This document shows positions 7,577 through 16,693 of a stretch of DNA of 64,000 nt, piece by piece (the first letter of the stretch is position 1; each line of letters begins with the position of its first letter). The stretch spans positions 4,127 to 68,126 of the forward strand of contig JBJHBH010000003.1 of the NCBI GenBank assembly GCA_050485365.1, in the 5' to 3' direction. Position numbers and translations under genes: made by a program. The DNA is from Desulfuromonadales bacterium. Its GTDB lineage: Bacteria; Desulfobacterota; Desulfuromonadia; Desulfuromonadales; JACZKF01. The notes beneath the pieces are model-generated. The model saw only the letters and a program-made list of their open reading frames with translations, was not told the DNA's origin and ran no database searches.

Positions 7577-8968
7577 ATGAAAAAACTGAATGTCCTCTGG
7601 AGATTTTTCGCATCGGTTAAGCTGGCCCTGTTCACGATCTTTCTGCTCGCCGGCACCTCGATCATCGGGACGGTCGTCCAGCAGGGGCAGGCTCCAGCCC
7701 ATTACGTCGAGGAGTACGGTGAGACGCTGGCCCGCGTCTTTCAGCTCCTCGACATTCCGACCATGTACAGCTCCTGGTGGTTTATCACCCTGCTGACCCT
7801 TTTCGCCGTGAATCTCATCGTCTGCAGCATCGAGAGGCTCCCCGCCTCCTGGCGCATGGTGACGCATGAATCGCGCGCGCCCGACTATGAGCGCCTGGAA
7901 AAAATGAACTCGAAGCACCGGGCGGACACCGCCCTGCCGACAGGCATCGTGGCTACGAGAATGCAGGAGCTTCTATCGGCTGCCGGGTGGCGCAAGAGCA
8001 CGCGACTGGAGAGGGATGGCTCAACCGTCCTCTTCGCCCAGCAGGGCGCCTGGACCCGATTCGGCGCGCACATCGTCCATCTGAGCATTCTGGTGATCTT
8101 TGCCGGTGTTCTGATCGGAAACCTTTTCGGCTTCAAAGCGTACGTCTTCCTCCCGGAGATGAGGGCGACGACCAACATATTCCTGCAGAGCAATCGCGAG
8201 CCCGTCCCCCTCGATTTCGAGCTCTACTACGAACGGTTCGAAATGGCTCTCTACCCCGACGGATCGATCCGCGAGTACCGCTCCGAGCTGACGGTGTACG
8301 ATCCGCAGCGCGCGCAGCCGTACGAAAAGACCTCCATCGTCAACGACCCGCTCAGATACAACGGAATCGCCTTTTACATCGCCGACAACTATCCCCTCGA
8401 GGAGTATTTCATTACCATTCAAAACCGAACCACCGGCGAAAAGCAGTCCTTTCGCGTCCCGCCGGATTATCTGGTCACATGGCCGGAAACGGAGATTTCC
8501 TTCAGCATCGAAGAGCTCAGGCAAAACCAGGAAGGGGCGACGCAGCAGGCAAAAATCTCGTTCTCCGACGGTTCCGGCTCCGACCCGTCGGTCTTCTGGA
8601 TGAACAACAAAGGGACGGTGACGATAAAAGGGCCTGGGGACGAATTCACATTTTCATTCCACCAGCTCTACACCACCCTCTTCCTGGCCAACAAAGACCC
8701 CGGAGTCATGGTCGTTTATGCTGGATTTTTCCTGATGGTCATCGGCCTCTGCATCAGCTTTTTCCTCTCCCACCAGCGGATCTGGGTGTACATCGCCCCC
8801 AAGGAGCAGGGATCGCGGATCCTGGTCAGCGGACTCAGCAACAAGCACCAGCCCGCTTTCGAGCGCCGTTTTCAGGAACTCATCGCCCGAATCAAGCAGG
8901 ACGAGCCGATCGTCACAACGGTGCCGAAAGCGGCCAAGCCGCTAAAGAAGCGCCGTGCGGCTGCTTGA
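7577..8968 (+). CDS. resB: Cytochrome c biogenesis protein ResB/Ccs1 (System II)
   Basis: The N-terminus MKKLNVLWRFFASVKLALFTIFLLAGTSIIGTVVQQ is typical of ResB. It is followed by a large periplasmic domain and C-terminal TM helices. No resC/ccsA is adjacent. Confidence 0.85.
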   Translation: MKKLNVLWRFFASVKLALFTIFLLAGTSIIGTVVQQGQAPAHYVEEYGETLARVFQLLDIPTMYSSWWFITLLTLFAVNLIVCSIERLPASWRMVTHESRAPDYERLEKMNSKHRADTALPTGIVATRMQELLSAAGWRKSTRLERDGSTVLFAQQGAWTRFGAHIVHLSILVIFAGVLIGNLFGFKAYVFLPEMRATTNIFLQSNREPVPLDFELYYERFEMALYPDGSIREYRSELTVYDPQRAQPYEKTSIVNDPLRYNGIAFYIADNYPLEEYFITIQNRTTGEKQSFRVPPDYLVTWPETEISFSIEELRQNQEGATQQAKISFSDGSGSDPSVFWMNNKGTVTIKGPGDEFTFSFHQLYTTLFLANKDPGVMVVYAGFFLMVIGLCISFFLSHQRIWVYIAPKEQGSRILVSGLSNKHQPAFERRFQELIARIKQDEPIVTTVPKAAKPLKKRRAAA

Positions 8969-9052
8969 ATCTGGGGGTCTCAAATCAAAAGCGATGGTAC
9001 GCGGATAAATCAGGGCGGATGCAAATCCGCGTTCCATTTGCCCTTGAATGAA

Positions 9053-9092
9053 GACAACGGCCCTCATCCGTCAGCGGATCAGGGCCGTTGTC
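9053..9092. terminator. Bidirectional terminator-like hairpin between convergent genes
   Basis: GACAACGGCCCT, a 16-nt loop, then AGGGCCGTTGTC: a perfect 12-bp stem between the resB stop and the 7-heme cytochrome stop. Confidence 0.5.
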
Positions 9093-9143
9093 TCATTGTC
9101 TATCGACTTACCTATCACCCTACAGCCTATCCCCCTGCCTTTC

Positions 9144-10397
9144 CTAGAACCTCCCCCCATGATGATGGCAGTCCCGGCACGAGACGACCTCCCAGTCGTC
9201 GCCGGGGCCGAGATAACCGGGTTCGCCGTGAAGCTGGGTTATGTAGTCCCGGTTATGGCAACGGACGCAGAGCGGCAGCAGATTGTTCGGCGCCGTCGCG
9301 GTGATGGTCTCACCGAGATTTCCACCGTTGACACGGCGCCGCAGGAGCATGATGTTCTGCGATCCGTGCGGCTCATGGCAATCGAGGCATGACATAACGA
9401 AATTGTTCTTGGTCGAAGAAGCCGCAAGATAGGGCTCGGCCCACCGGGGAGTCTCGTAGCTGTACGGATGCCCCTCTCTCGGGCGGGCGCCGTGCTTGTC
9501 CTGATTCTCTCCGGTCGTCCCCCAGTTGATCCTGCGCAGATTGCGGTTCAGGGTCGTGCTCCAGATGGTATTTGCGGGGTTGTGGCATTCGGTGCAGAAG
9601 CCGACGTAATCCGGCGTCTTGGCCCCGTCCGCGTCGCCGACGCCGGCCGGCTCACGGCTGAGATCGAAGACGTAGGGCGCCTCGTAGGAGAGGTACGAAG
9701 CCATCAGCTCCGTTTCTCCCCAGAGCCGTGAGCGATCGCTCGGTTTTGAGATGGCGCTCAGCAGGGGGAAGCCCGGCTTTGAACTGTCCCCGTTGCGCCT
9801 CGCGAGATGGGGATTGTGGCAGGCACTGCAGGGGTTGCTGTGCTCATCGAACCACGGGTAGGCCGTGTTGGTTCGAGCGTAGTTCCAGATGTCGAAGAGG
9901 TTGTGGTATGACTCCTGATTGAACGCCTCCAAAATAGACTGCGGACCGCTTCCGGACGCAGCCCCCCCGAACGTCGCGCTGTAATCCTGATTTATCACCT
10001 GCTGACCCGAGTCGCCGCTGTGACAGAAGAAACAGAAGTTGTCCGTCTCCATATAGAGGTTCTGGGTGCGTGCCGAATTGAAATTGCGATAGAAGAGTAC
10101 GTAAGGTGCCCCCCCGCTTAAGGGTTGCGGCGCCGCGCCGTCGAAGCTGGCGTGCATCTGGTGGCAGTGGGCGCAGTTGCCTGTGGCATACTCAGCGAAT
10201 CTCGGCTCGATGGCAGAGCGGTTTACGCCGTGCATCCCGTCGCCGTGGGCCGAGTTGCGGTACGTCCCCCCCCAGAGCGGTGCGGCGACAACGAGTCCGA
10301 GCATTGCGGCGAAGAGCGTGATGACGATCGCGCGACCTGATCCGACCTTGTCGCGCAGAAATGGCCGCCCGATCTTCGAAGCGTTACGATGATCCAT
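9144..10397 (-). CDS. Multiheme c-type cytochrome, 7 CXXCH
   Basis: I place the start at MDHRNASKIGRPF (10397) with a TM/signal segment AIVITLFAAMLGLVVAAP. Motifs are CAHCH, CFFCH, CSACH, CTECH, CLDCH, CVRCH and CRDCH. The first motif is CHQMH. The start overlaps the upstream stop by 14 nt. The longer track ORF (to 10814) is read-through of the upstream gene. Confidence 0.8.
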   Translation of the reverse strand: MDHRNASKIGRPFLRDKVGSGRAIVITLFAAMLGLVVAAPLWGGTYRNSAHGDGMHGVNRSAIEPRFAEYATGNCAHCHQMHASFDGAAPQPLSGGAPYVLFYRNFNSARTQNLYMETDNFCFFCHSGDSGQQVINQDYSATFGGAASGSGPQSILEAFNQESYHNLFDIWNYARTNTAYPWFDEHSNPCSACHNPHLARRNGDSSKPGFPLLSAISKPSDRSRLWGETELMASYLSYEAPYVFDLSREPAGVGDADGAKTPDYVGFCTECHNPANTIWSTTLNRNLRRINWGTTGENQDKHGARPREGHPYSYETPRWAEPYLAASSTKNNFVMSCLDCHEPHGSQNIMLLRRRVNGGNLGETITATAPNNLLPLCVRCHNRDYITQLHGEPGYLGPGDDWEVVSCRDCHHHGGRF

Positions 10398-11766
10398 CGC
10401 TCTGCCCCTCTGCGTCATCGCCGAAATCGGCCGGTGGGAATTCTTCGACAATCTCCTCGACGATCTCTTCACCTTCAAAATCGTCGTCGCTCGTCGGAGC
10501 GTCCTCTTCAGGCATCGCTTCAACCGCCTCACTCTCCTCCCCTGATTGTTGCGCAGGGGGCGGCGGCGCTGAGAAGAGGGGGAATTCCGGAATGTAATCG
10601 ACGTCCAGGACCTGCACTCTGCGGTTGAAGAGGTCGGAGACGATGAGCTGCCCCTCCCGGTTGATGGCGAGATCCGAGGGGAAATTGAACCAACCCGGCG
10701 CCTCCCCCCGACCGCCGACTTCGAACTGGAATCTTCCCGACAGATTGTAGGCGAGAATGGTGTGGCGCATGAAATCGGCCACGTAAATAAGGCCGCGCTC
10801 CTCATCAATAACAAGGCCGCGGGGCTGACTCAGCCTGCGGGGGCCTCCCCCCTTTTCACCAAAGGAAAAAAGGAACGTCTCATCGGCGCTGTAGACATAG
10901 ACCTTGCTCGTTTCGGCGCTGACCAGATAGAGATTGCCGGCCCTGTCGATGACCACATTGCGCACCCTGACGGGGCCGAGGCCGGGGCCGGATCGAGCTT
11001 CTTCTTCCTGCTGACGGCTTCTGGGACGAAACTCTTCGGGGATATCGCCTCGGGATCTCTGCCTGGCTTCGATTTCGTCCTCCAGAGCCTTCTTATCCTG
11101 CTGCGCCGCAAGCCGTTCGGCCGCGGCGGCGACCGCCTCGCGATCGGCGATGACATCCATCGGCTCAAGCATGCGAAGAAAGGTTCCGTCGCCGTCGAGT
11201 ACGATGACCCCCCTGCTCGATTCGCCCGTCAGGTAGATCAGCCCGTCGCGGCTCACCGCCAGCTTGCCGGGAGAGAAATTTGCGAGATTGGGGATGTCGT
11301 CGAGCAAAATCTCCCGGTCGACAAAAAAAGCGGCATTCAGGATGGTGATGCGGGGGGTCGGGTTCGCCGCCGAGCGGCTCTGGGTGACGTAGACTCTGCC
11401 GTCCGGCGCTACATGCATTCCTCGGGGGGCGAAAACGCCGCGTCCGGCTCCGATCGATACGCGAGGGTAAAAGTCCGGCCCGTAGACCACCACCCGGGCG
11501 CTGCCGCCATTGACGAGATAGATTTCCTCCTCGATCGGATCGTAAAAGACGGACGAAGGATAGTTCAGTAACCGTCCATCGTCATCCGTGGTGATCTGCG
11601 CGATGGAGATGGCCGGATAGGACGCCAGGCCCGGCGCCGGAGCGAAAAAGGCGAGCAGGCACAGCACAAAAGCCCCCAAACCCAAGAGGCGCCGGCCGCG
11701 ATTCCGTGACTCAAAAGGGCTGTGACCCCTTCTCTCGGCTCTATCTGTGACATCGACTGCAGACAT
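10384..11766 (-). CDS. NHL-repeat beta-propeller protein with a charged insert and an acidic C-terminal tail
   Basis: Signal/TM segment LLGLGAFVLCLLAFFAPAPGLA. NHL-type blades include GRVYVTQ, GLIYLTGE, GNLYLVSAE, GLIYVADF and GQLIVSDLFNRRVQVLD. The tail reads EESEAVEAMPEEDAPTSDDDFEGEEIVEEIVEE. I prefer the start MSAVDV at 11766 (GGGGAGG upstream); the alternative is 11814. Confidence 0.75.
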   Translation of the reverse strand: MSAVDVTDRAERRGHSPFESRNRGRRLLGLGAFVLCLLAFFAPAPGLASYPAISIAQITTDDDGRLLNYPSSVFYDPIEEEIYLVNGGSARVVVYGPDFYPRVSIGAGRGVFAPRGMHVAPDGRVYVTQSRSAANPTPRITILNAAFFVDREILLDDIPNLANFSPGKLAVSRDGLIYLTGESSRGVIVLDGDGTFLRMLEPMDVIADREAVAAAAERLAAQQDKKALEDEIEARQRSRGDIPEEFRPRSRQQEEEARSGPGLGPVRVRNVVIDRAGNLYLVSAETSKVYVYSADETFLFSFGEKGGGPRRLSQPRGLVIDEERGLIYVADFMRHTILAYNLSGRFQFEVGGRGEAPGWFNFPSDLAINREGQLIVSDLFNRRVQVLDVDYIPEFPLFSAPPPPAQQSGEESEAVEAMPEEDAPTSDDDFEGEEIVEEIVEEFPPADFGDDAEGQSDGSS

Positions 11767-12904
11767 GGCCTCCCCTACCGTCGGCAAACAAAATGTATCT
11801 GTAGGATGACCCATGAGGATCGTGGCAGCTCACGCAGGTGAGCTTGCGTCCCGGTCGCCGCCTCTCCGACGGTCCCTCGACCGGGTGCCCCCCTACAGGG
11901 TGTCCCCGCCTGATGCCGACGTATCCCTGATGACAACTGACGCAGAGCTCGTTTATCGAATCGTGAAGTATCGCTTCGTGATCCGACGCATGCGGATCGT
12001 GACAGGACACGCACCCCTTCGGCCCGTGGAGAATGCCGTGAGTGAAGCGCGCCCCGTTTCTTTGTATCAGACTTTCCATATCGCTGTGGCAGGCGATACA
12101 GAGATCGGACGCCCCCCCTGCCCAGAGCTGATATCTGTTCTTGTCGCCATGGGGGTTGTGACAGAGAGTGCAGCCGCCGGCGACCATCGGGCCATGGATG
12201 CTTTTTCGAGAGCGCCAATCCTTTTTTCCGGTGTGGCAGGCGACGCAGGTCTCCTCGATCTTTCCCGTCGGAAACCCGACGCGAAACGGCTGCGCGAACT
12301 GCTGATGGCATGCGAGGCATTGCTTGTTGACCGACGTGCTGTGCTGCCATGGCGATTGTTCGAGAAGGTTGCGATGGCAGCTCGCGCACGATTCCTGCGC
12401 CCGAAGACCGACCGGCTCCACGGGGGTGGTTTTTTGCAGATCGTGGCATTGGGCGCAGATGTGGGGGAGTTGGCCGTTTCGGTGAAAGAGATAGACGTCG
12501 CTCCCCAGGGTATTCGGATTCAAGGCGGCGCGCACGGGACGGTAATTGATTACCAGCCGCTCCGCGCCGGGGTGAATGGTAAAGCTGTTCAGGTTTGGCT
12601 GAAGGGGGAGTCGGAAGTGGAGATAATTATCGTTCAGAATTTCCCTGACCACCGCCGGGTCGACCCTCCTTTCGTTCGCCTCCACCCAGACCTGGGAGCC
12701 TTCCCTGTGTGGCCGGCGCACCACGAGGTGAGCCTCCGCATGCCTGCCGACGATCGTTGCGCCGGAAGGTGGGGTCAGAATCTCGATACCGGAGGCGAAA
12801 GCCAAGTTTCTGGCCGAGATGCCCTCCAGCCCAAACTGGCACAGAAGGACCAGAAGAAAGCTGAAGACGGCCCGGGCCGGAGTTGAGCATCTATAACGGT
12901 CCAT
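11741..12904 (-). CDS. Multiheme c-type cytochrome, 10 CXXCH, with an N-terminal non-heme domain
   Basis: I take the start at MDRYRCSTPARAVFSFLLVLL (12904), which avoids overlap with the upstream gene. About 150 aa are heme-free. They are followed by CAQCH, CASCH, CLACH, CVACH, CTLCH, CIACH, CVSCH x3 and CSRCH. Confidence 0.8.
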   Translation of the reverse strand: MDRYRCSTPARAVFSFLLVLLCQFGLEGISARNLAFASGIEILTPPSGATIVGRHAEAHLVVRRPHREGSQVWVEANERRVDPAVVREILNDNYLHFRLPLQPNLNSFTIHPGAERLVINYRPVRAALNPNTLGSDVYLFHRNGQLPHICAQCHDLQKTTPVEPVGLRAQESCASCHRNLLEQSPWQHSTSVNKQCLACHQQFAQPFRVGFPTGKIEETCVACHTGKKDWRSRKSIHGPMVAGGCTLCHNPHGDKNRYQLWAGGASDLCIACHSDMESLIQRNGARFTHGILHGPKGCVSCHDPHASDHEAILHDSINELCVSCHQGYVGIRRGHPVGGHPVEGPSERRRPGRKLTCVSCHDPHGSSYRYILFADGRGGHVCSRCHR

Positions 12905-12945
12905 AAAGAATCCATTACTGAAGGCAAAGATTTCCCTTTTTCCTA

Positions 12946-14406
12946 TCACTCCAGTCCCGCTAGCCCCAACGGCCGCGCACCGAGGTGGACCCACCCGATA
13001 AGCTGGTTGACGTTGGAGTCGACCACGGCCAGGGCGCCCGCCTTTTCGTCACCGACGTAGAGTCTGCGATAGGCCCGATTGAAGGCCATCTCCAGCGGCC
13101 GTCCAAGTCCGTGAATCTCCCTGACGACTCCAAGCTGCCCCGGGAACAGGACGGAAACCGTCCCATTCTCGTAATTGCTTACGTAAATCTGGTCTCCATT
13201 GAAGAGAAAACGGCGTGGTCCGAAGCCGACATCGAGGCGTCGCTGAAGCTGATTGGCGGAAAAATCATAAATCGCCACGGAGTGATCACCTCTTTCGGCG
13301 ATATAGAGTTCCCTGCCAACCATGAGCAGCCCCTCCGGAGAGTTTCCGGTGCGAATCGCTCTAACCTCGCGCAGATCGGTCGGGCTGTGGAGGGTGACGG
13401 TCTGAGTGAGTTCCGCCGAGACGGCGAGAAGATTCGCATCATGCAGAAAAGTCGCATAGGTGGGGCGATACCCGAGTCGCTCGCGTCCGGCACTTCGGCC
13501 GCTGCCCAAATCGATCTGATTGAGATAGCTGTTGCGCTCCTCCAATACATACGCCCAGCGACCGTCCGGACTGATCGTCATAAAGGTCGGGATCTCTGTC
13601 AGAGGGATGTGAATGAAATCGACAACCCTTTGGGACAGTAGATCGACTGTTTTTATGGCCGACTCCCCGGATGCGAGCACGTAGAGGCGCCTGCGGGAAG
13701 GATCGGGGTCCATGGCCAGATAGGTCGGCTGCCCCTTGATCCCGAACGAGTCGGCCACCCAGTTCTTGTCGCTTCGGATCACGAAAACAGTGTCGATCTC
13801 CGGGCAGGCGACATAGACCAGATCGACGAGCAGTTGCCTGAGCTCGAAGGCGAGCGTCATCACCGGGTGCATGATCTCAGGCTGATTGAGTGTTTCACGC
13901 ACATCCCAGGTGATAAATAGACTGCGGCTATCGTTTTGTGACAGGGAAAGGACAGAGGGAAATGCGATCTCGACCCGCGTCGACAGAGCAGCGAAAGATT
14001 CATATCGACCGTCGCCTTTACGCACCGCGCTGCCCGTCACATCGAAGCGCAGACGGTGGTAATCCCCTGGTCGAAGCGAGCGCCCTCCGACAAAGACCTG
14101 AGCAGCGCCAATCTGCGCGGAATCGAGGTTCTGCGGCCCCGAGTCGATGGGGAGCCAGACCCCTGCGGTGAGAATTTCAATGGCGGCGATCTCCAATTGC
14201 ACATCCGGACCGTCCGCTTCCTTGAGGTTCAGGAAGAGGCTGATACGGGCGCCGTCGTCGCCGTCGCGAGAAATCTCCGCCATAGGCCACGTCGGCGTCG
14301 ACGTCTTAAACCCCGCCTGGCAGCCCACCAGAAGCAAGGCCGAAAAGAGCAGCACCAGGTGAGAAATGATCTGATTGGAGATTTTCTTCCCAGCTCCCAA
14401 TTCCAA
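12946..14406 (-). CDS. Lipoprotein: DUF4382-like N-terminal domain plus YVTN/YncE-type beta-propeller
   Basis: Lipobox LLLVGC. The N-terminal part has the pattern VFVGGRSLRPGDYHRLRFDV..VEIAFPSVLSL. Repeated blades follow: LYVLASGESAIKTVDL, AYVLEERNSYLNQIDL, LYIAERGDHSVAIYDF, IYVSNYENGTVSVL and LYVGDEKAGALAVVD. Confidence 0.7.
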   Translation of the reverse strand: MELGAGKKISNQIISHLVLLFSALLLVGCQAGFKTSTPTWPMAEISRDGDDGARISLFLNLKEADGPDVQLEIAAIEILTAGVWLPIDSGPQNLDSAQIGAAQVFVGGRSLRPGDYHRLRFDVTGSAVRKGDGRYESFAALSTRVEIAFPSVLSLSQNDSRSLFITWDVRETLNQPEIMHPVMTLAFELRQLLVDLVYVACPEIDTVFVIRSDKNWVADSFGIKGQPTYLAMDPDPSRRRLYVLASGESAIKTVDLLSQRVVDFIHIPLTEIPTFMTISPDGRWAYVLEERNSYLNQIDLGSGRSAGRERLGYRPTYATFLHDANLLAVSAELTQTVTLHSPTDLREVRAIRTGNSPEGLLMVGRELYIAERGDHSVAIYDFSANQLQRRLDVGFGPRRFLFNGDQIYVSNYENGTVSVLFPGQLGVVREIHGLGRPLEMAFNRAYRRLYVGDEKAGALAVVDSNVNQLIGWVHLGARPLGLAGLE

Positions 14407-14418
14407 ACTCCTTAAAAA

Positions 14419-15510
14419 TCAATCCTTCGTCGTATGACAAACCGCACAGCCGTTGAAGGCGGGCTGCCCCGTATGCGGATCGTTCCCCGGCCACGAGCGA
14501 TATCCCCATCGCATCATGGCCGGATAGGGCGAGCCGTGGGGCCGATGGCACGAAACACACGCGACCAGATCGGATCCTCGATTGATATTGGAAAAATTCG
14601 CGTCTTCTCCGGTCACATTCTGGCGCGCCACAGGGACCATGGGGTTGTAGGTGGAGAATTCGGTGAATTCCCCGGCATCCGGTATCGAGAAATCGACGGG
14701 GTGACGGATCCATGCGGCGTTGGCCGTCGTTTCGCTGTGAAACCGTCCATGGCAGCCGGCGCATTTTTGGTTGATGGAGCCGGTTTCGAGATAGCTCGAA
14801 AAAGATCCGGCCTTCCCCTGATAGACGTTATGCTTGTTGGGGTGGGGATTTTGTTCCCAATCCGGGTCCTCGATCCCACTTACCCCTTCCGGTGGCGGCA
14901 CAGGTCCTCCGTCCCGCTGCATCACCGATCCCAGGAACCGGTACCACCCCTCTTCTCTTCCCGCGACGGCGCTGTTGCCGTCGGCATGATGGTGCGGGAC
15001 GTGGCAGCCGTTACAGCCGCTCTGTGCCGTCGCCAACGTTCCGTGACAACTCGTGCAGTCCTCGGCGCGGGCGGCCCCTCCGGGTGCCCACGAAAACCTG
15101 GAATCATGGCTGGCGATGCCGTGAACATTGTGGCCGAACTGATCCCCCTGGAGGACCCAGTGAAAGTTCCCCCCCGCCAGAGCCGAAGTGCTCGATCCGT
15201 CGGGGGGGTATGTCGGTTCGGTCAGGTTGAAAACGATGGGGACCCGCGAATCCCCCAGCGGGACGATCGTCTCCGGACCTGCATGGCTGTGACATCCGAC
15301 GCAGTCGGTCTTGAGCAGTTTGCCAAAGGCCTCGTTCCGGGAGACCCTCTGCCCGGTGCTGTCGAGGGAGAAAGCGACCACCCTCCCCTGCTCGCTGTTG
15401 TGCATCGTATGGCAATCGGAGCACAGCCCCTGAACCGCCCCGTCGCAAAGGATGGGCGTGACCGCGGTCGCGGCGAGTAGGCCCATGGCTATCCAATTGC
15501 GAAGGTGCAT
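14419..15510 (-). CDS. OmcS-family multiheme cytochrome, 7 CXXCH
   Basis: Start MHLRNWIAMGLLAATAV (15510). Motifs are CSDCHTMHNSE, CVGCH, CTSCH, CNGCH, CAGCH, CVSCHRPHGSPYPAMMRW and a C-terminal CAVCHTTKD. Also IRHPVDF. Collinear with the other paralogs. Confidence 0.8.
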   Translation of the reverse strand: MHLRNWIAMGLLAATAVTPILCDGAVQGLCSDCHTMHNSEQGRVVAFSLDSTGQRVSRNEAFGKLLKTDCVGCHSHAGPETIVPLGDSRVPIVFNLTEPTYPPDGSSTSALAGGNFHWVLQGDQFGHNVHGIASHDSRFSWAPGGAARAEDCTSCHGTLATAQSGCNGCHVPHHHADGNSAVAGREEGWYRFLGSVMQRDGGPVPPPEGVSGIEDPDWEQNPHPNKHNVYQGKAGSFSSYLETGSINQKCAGCHGRFHSETTANAAWIRHPVDFSIPDAGEFTEFSTYNPMVPVARQNVTGEDANFSNINRGSDLVACVSCHRPHGSPYPAMMRWGYRSWPGNDPHTGQPAFNGCAVCHTTKD

Positions 15511-15611
15511 TCCGAGACCCTTAAAGCGAGGACGGAGGACAGAGGACGGAAGACAGCAAGACCTGCATCCACGAGTCCAAGTTCCACACAGCAAAACAAC
15601 GGACAACTTGC

Positions 15612-15667
15612 GGCCGCGAAGCGGCCTGACACCGCGAAGCGGTTGACGCCGCTTTAGCGGCCTGACA
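15612..15667 (-). repeat. Three tandem short GC hairpins with a repeated GCGGCCTGACA; probable terminator or processing site
   Basis: GGCCGC-GAA-GCGGCC, CCGC-GAA-GCGG and GCCGC-TTTA-GCGGC. GCGGCCTGACA occurs at 15621 and 15657. The element lies directly after the stop of the NHL gene. Confidence 0.35.
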
Positions 15668-16555
15668 TCAACGGCTGAAGACCTCTACCCGTCCGTTCCC
15701 CTCATCGACCACGCAGAGCCGCCCCCATGGATCGAAGCGGATCTGCCGGGGGAAGTGGAGCTGTCCCCTTGCATGACCGGGGCCGAGAAAGCGGTAGCGG
15801 AAGCCACCGTCCTGGCTGTAGGCCAGGATGCTGCTCTTGTGACGATCGAGGACATAGAGAAAACCGGGACCGACGGCGAGGGAAACAGGAAAGTCGACCT
15901 GCTCGCCCAAGCTGATGTTTCTCGCCACGGTGCCGTCCGAGCGGAAGCGGATGACCCTCTTCCCCCGGGTCTCCAGCGCCCAGACTTCCCCTTCGGCGAC
16001 GACGAAGTCGCTGAGCCCCGCCGGACTTCGGGGGTCGCCGAAGCGCTGCTCCACCGTCAGGTCGTCTGACAGGCGAAGAACCTGGCCGCTGGCGCGGTCG
16101 AGAACGAACAGCTTATTCCCGTCATGGGCGATGCGGTCTGGGAAGATCTGCCGTCTGCCATCGCGCAGCACGAAAGGCTTCACCTCGCGGGCGGCGAGGT
16201 CGATGCGGGTGATGCTGTTGCGCCCCTTCTCCACCACCCAGAGACGACCGTCATCGAGACGCACCATGTCGAAGGGAGCCTTCAGCCGGTCGTCTGCGGT
16301 AAAGGCCCGAAGCATCTCGCCGTCGCGCCCGAAGGAGACGAGACGGTTTCGGCCCGCGTCGACGGCATAGTAGCGCTCGGCATCCATGTCGAACGCCACC
16401 GCCGCCGGCATGTACATGGCGTTGCCGGGGGTGTCGATCTTCAGGCTCATCTGCCATTGCCAGGGCGACTGGGCCAGGGCAGCGACCGGCAGCAGAGAAA
16501 AGATCGCCGCCAGTAAAAACCACTTCAGAGGTCGTATTGATATGTCATTCCTCAT
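15668..16555 (-). CDS. Secreted NHL-repeat beta-propeller protein
   Basis: Signal peptide MRNDISIRPLKWFLLAAIFSLLPVAALA. Repeated blades include YYAVDAGRNRLVSF, LWVVEKGRNSITRIDL, LFVLDRASGQVLRL, VWALETRGKRVIRF, LYVLDRHKSSILAY and LCVVDEGNGRVEVF. Confidence 0.75.
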   Translation of the reverse strand: MRNDISIRPLKWFLLAAIFSLLPVAALAQSPWQWQMSLKIDTPGNAMYMPAAVAFDMDAERYYAVDAGRNRLVSFGRDGEMLRAFTADDRLKAPFDMVRLDDGRLWVVEKGRNSITRIDLAAREVKPFVLRDGRRQIFPDRIAHDGNKLFVLDRASGQVLRLSDDLTVEQRFGDPRSPAGLSDFVVAEGEVWALETRGKRVIRFRSDGTVARNISLGEQVDFPVSLAVGPGFLYVLDRHKSSILAYSQDGGFRYRFLGPGHARGQLHFPRQIRFDPWGRLCVVDEGNGRVEVFSR

Positions 16556-16581
16556 GCGCTATCCCCATATGTGTTTCGTAG

Positions 16582-16655
16582 GGGCGGACCCCTGTGTCCG
16601 CCCTTTGCGGGAATCTTCTTACGCCGGTGAACAGGGCAGGCACAGGGGCCTGCCC
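16582..16655. repeat. Pair of GC-rich hairpins (REP-like)
   Basis: GGGCGGAC-CCCTGT-GTCCGCCC (16582-16603) and GGGCAGGC-ACAGGG-GCCTGCCC (16634-16655), between the 16-heme gene stop and the NHL gene start. Confidence 0.5.
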
Positions 16656-16693
16656 CTACCAACTCCTAACTCCCAACTTCTGGCTCCTGCTTC

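Noticed and set aside
9144-10814. A 556-aa version of the 7-heme cytochrome ORF. Similar extended N-termini appear for 11741-12994, 14419-15606, 17878-19863, 33529-34071, 57225-58445, 58553-60034, 61221-62126 and 61895-62689.
   Set aside because: The extensions overlap the upstream genes, are compositionally odd and precede an internal Met followed by a proper signal peptide or family N-terminus. Those internal Mets often have an SD, so I used the internal starts.
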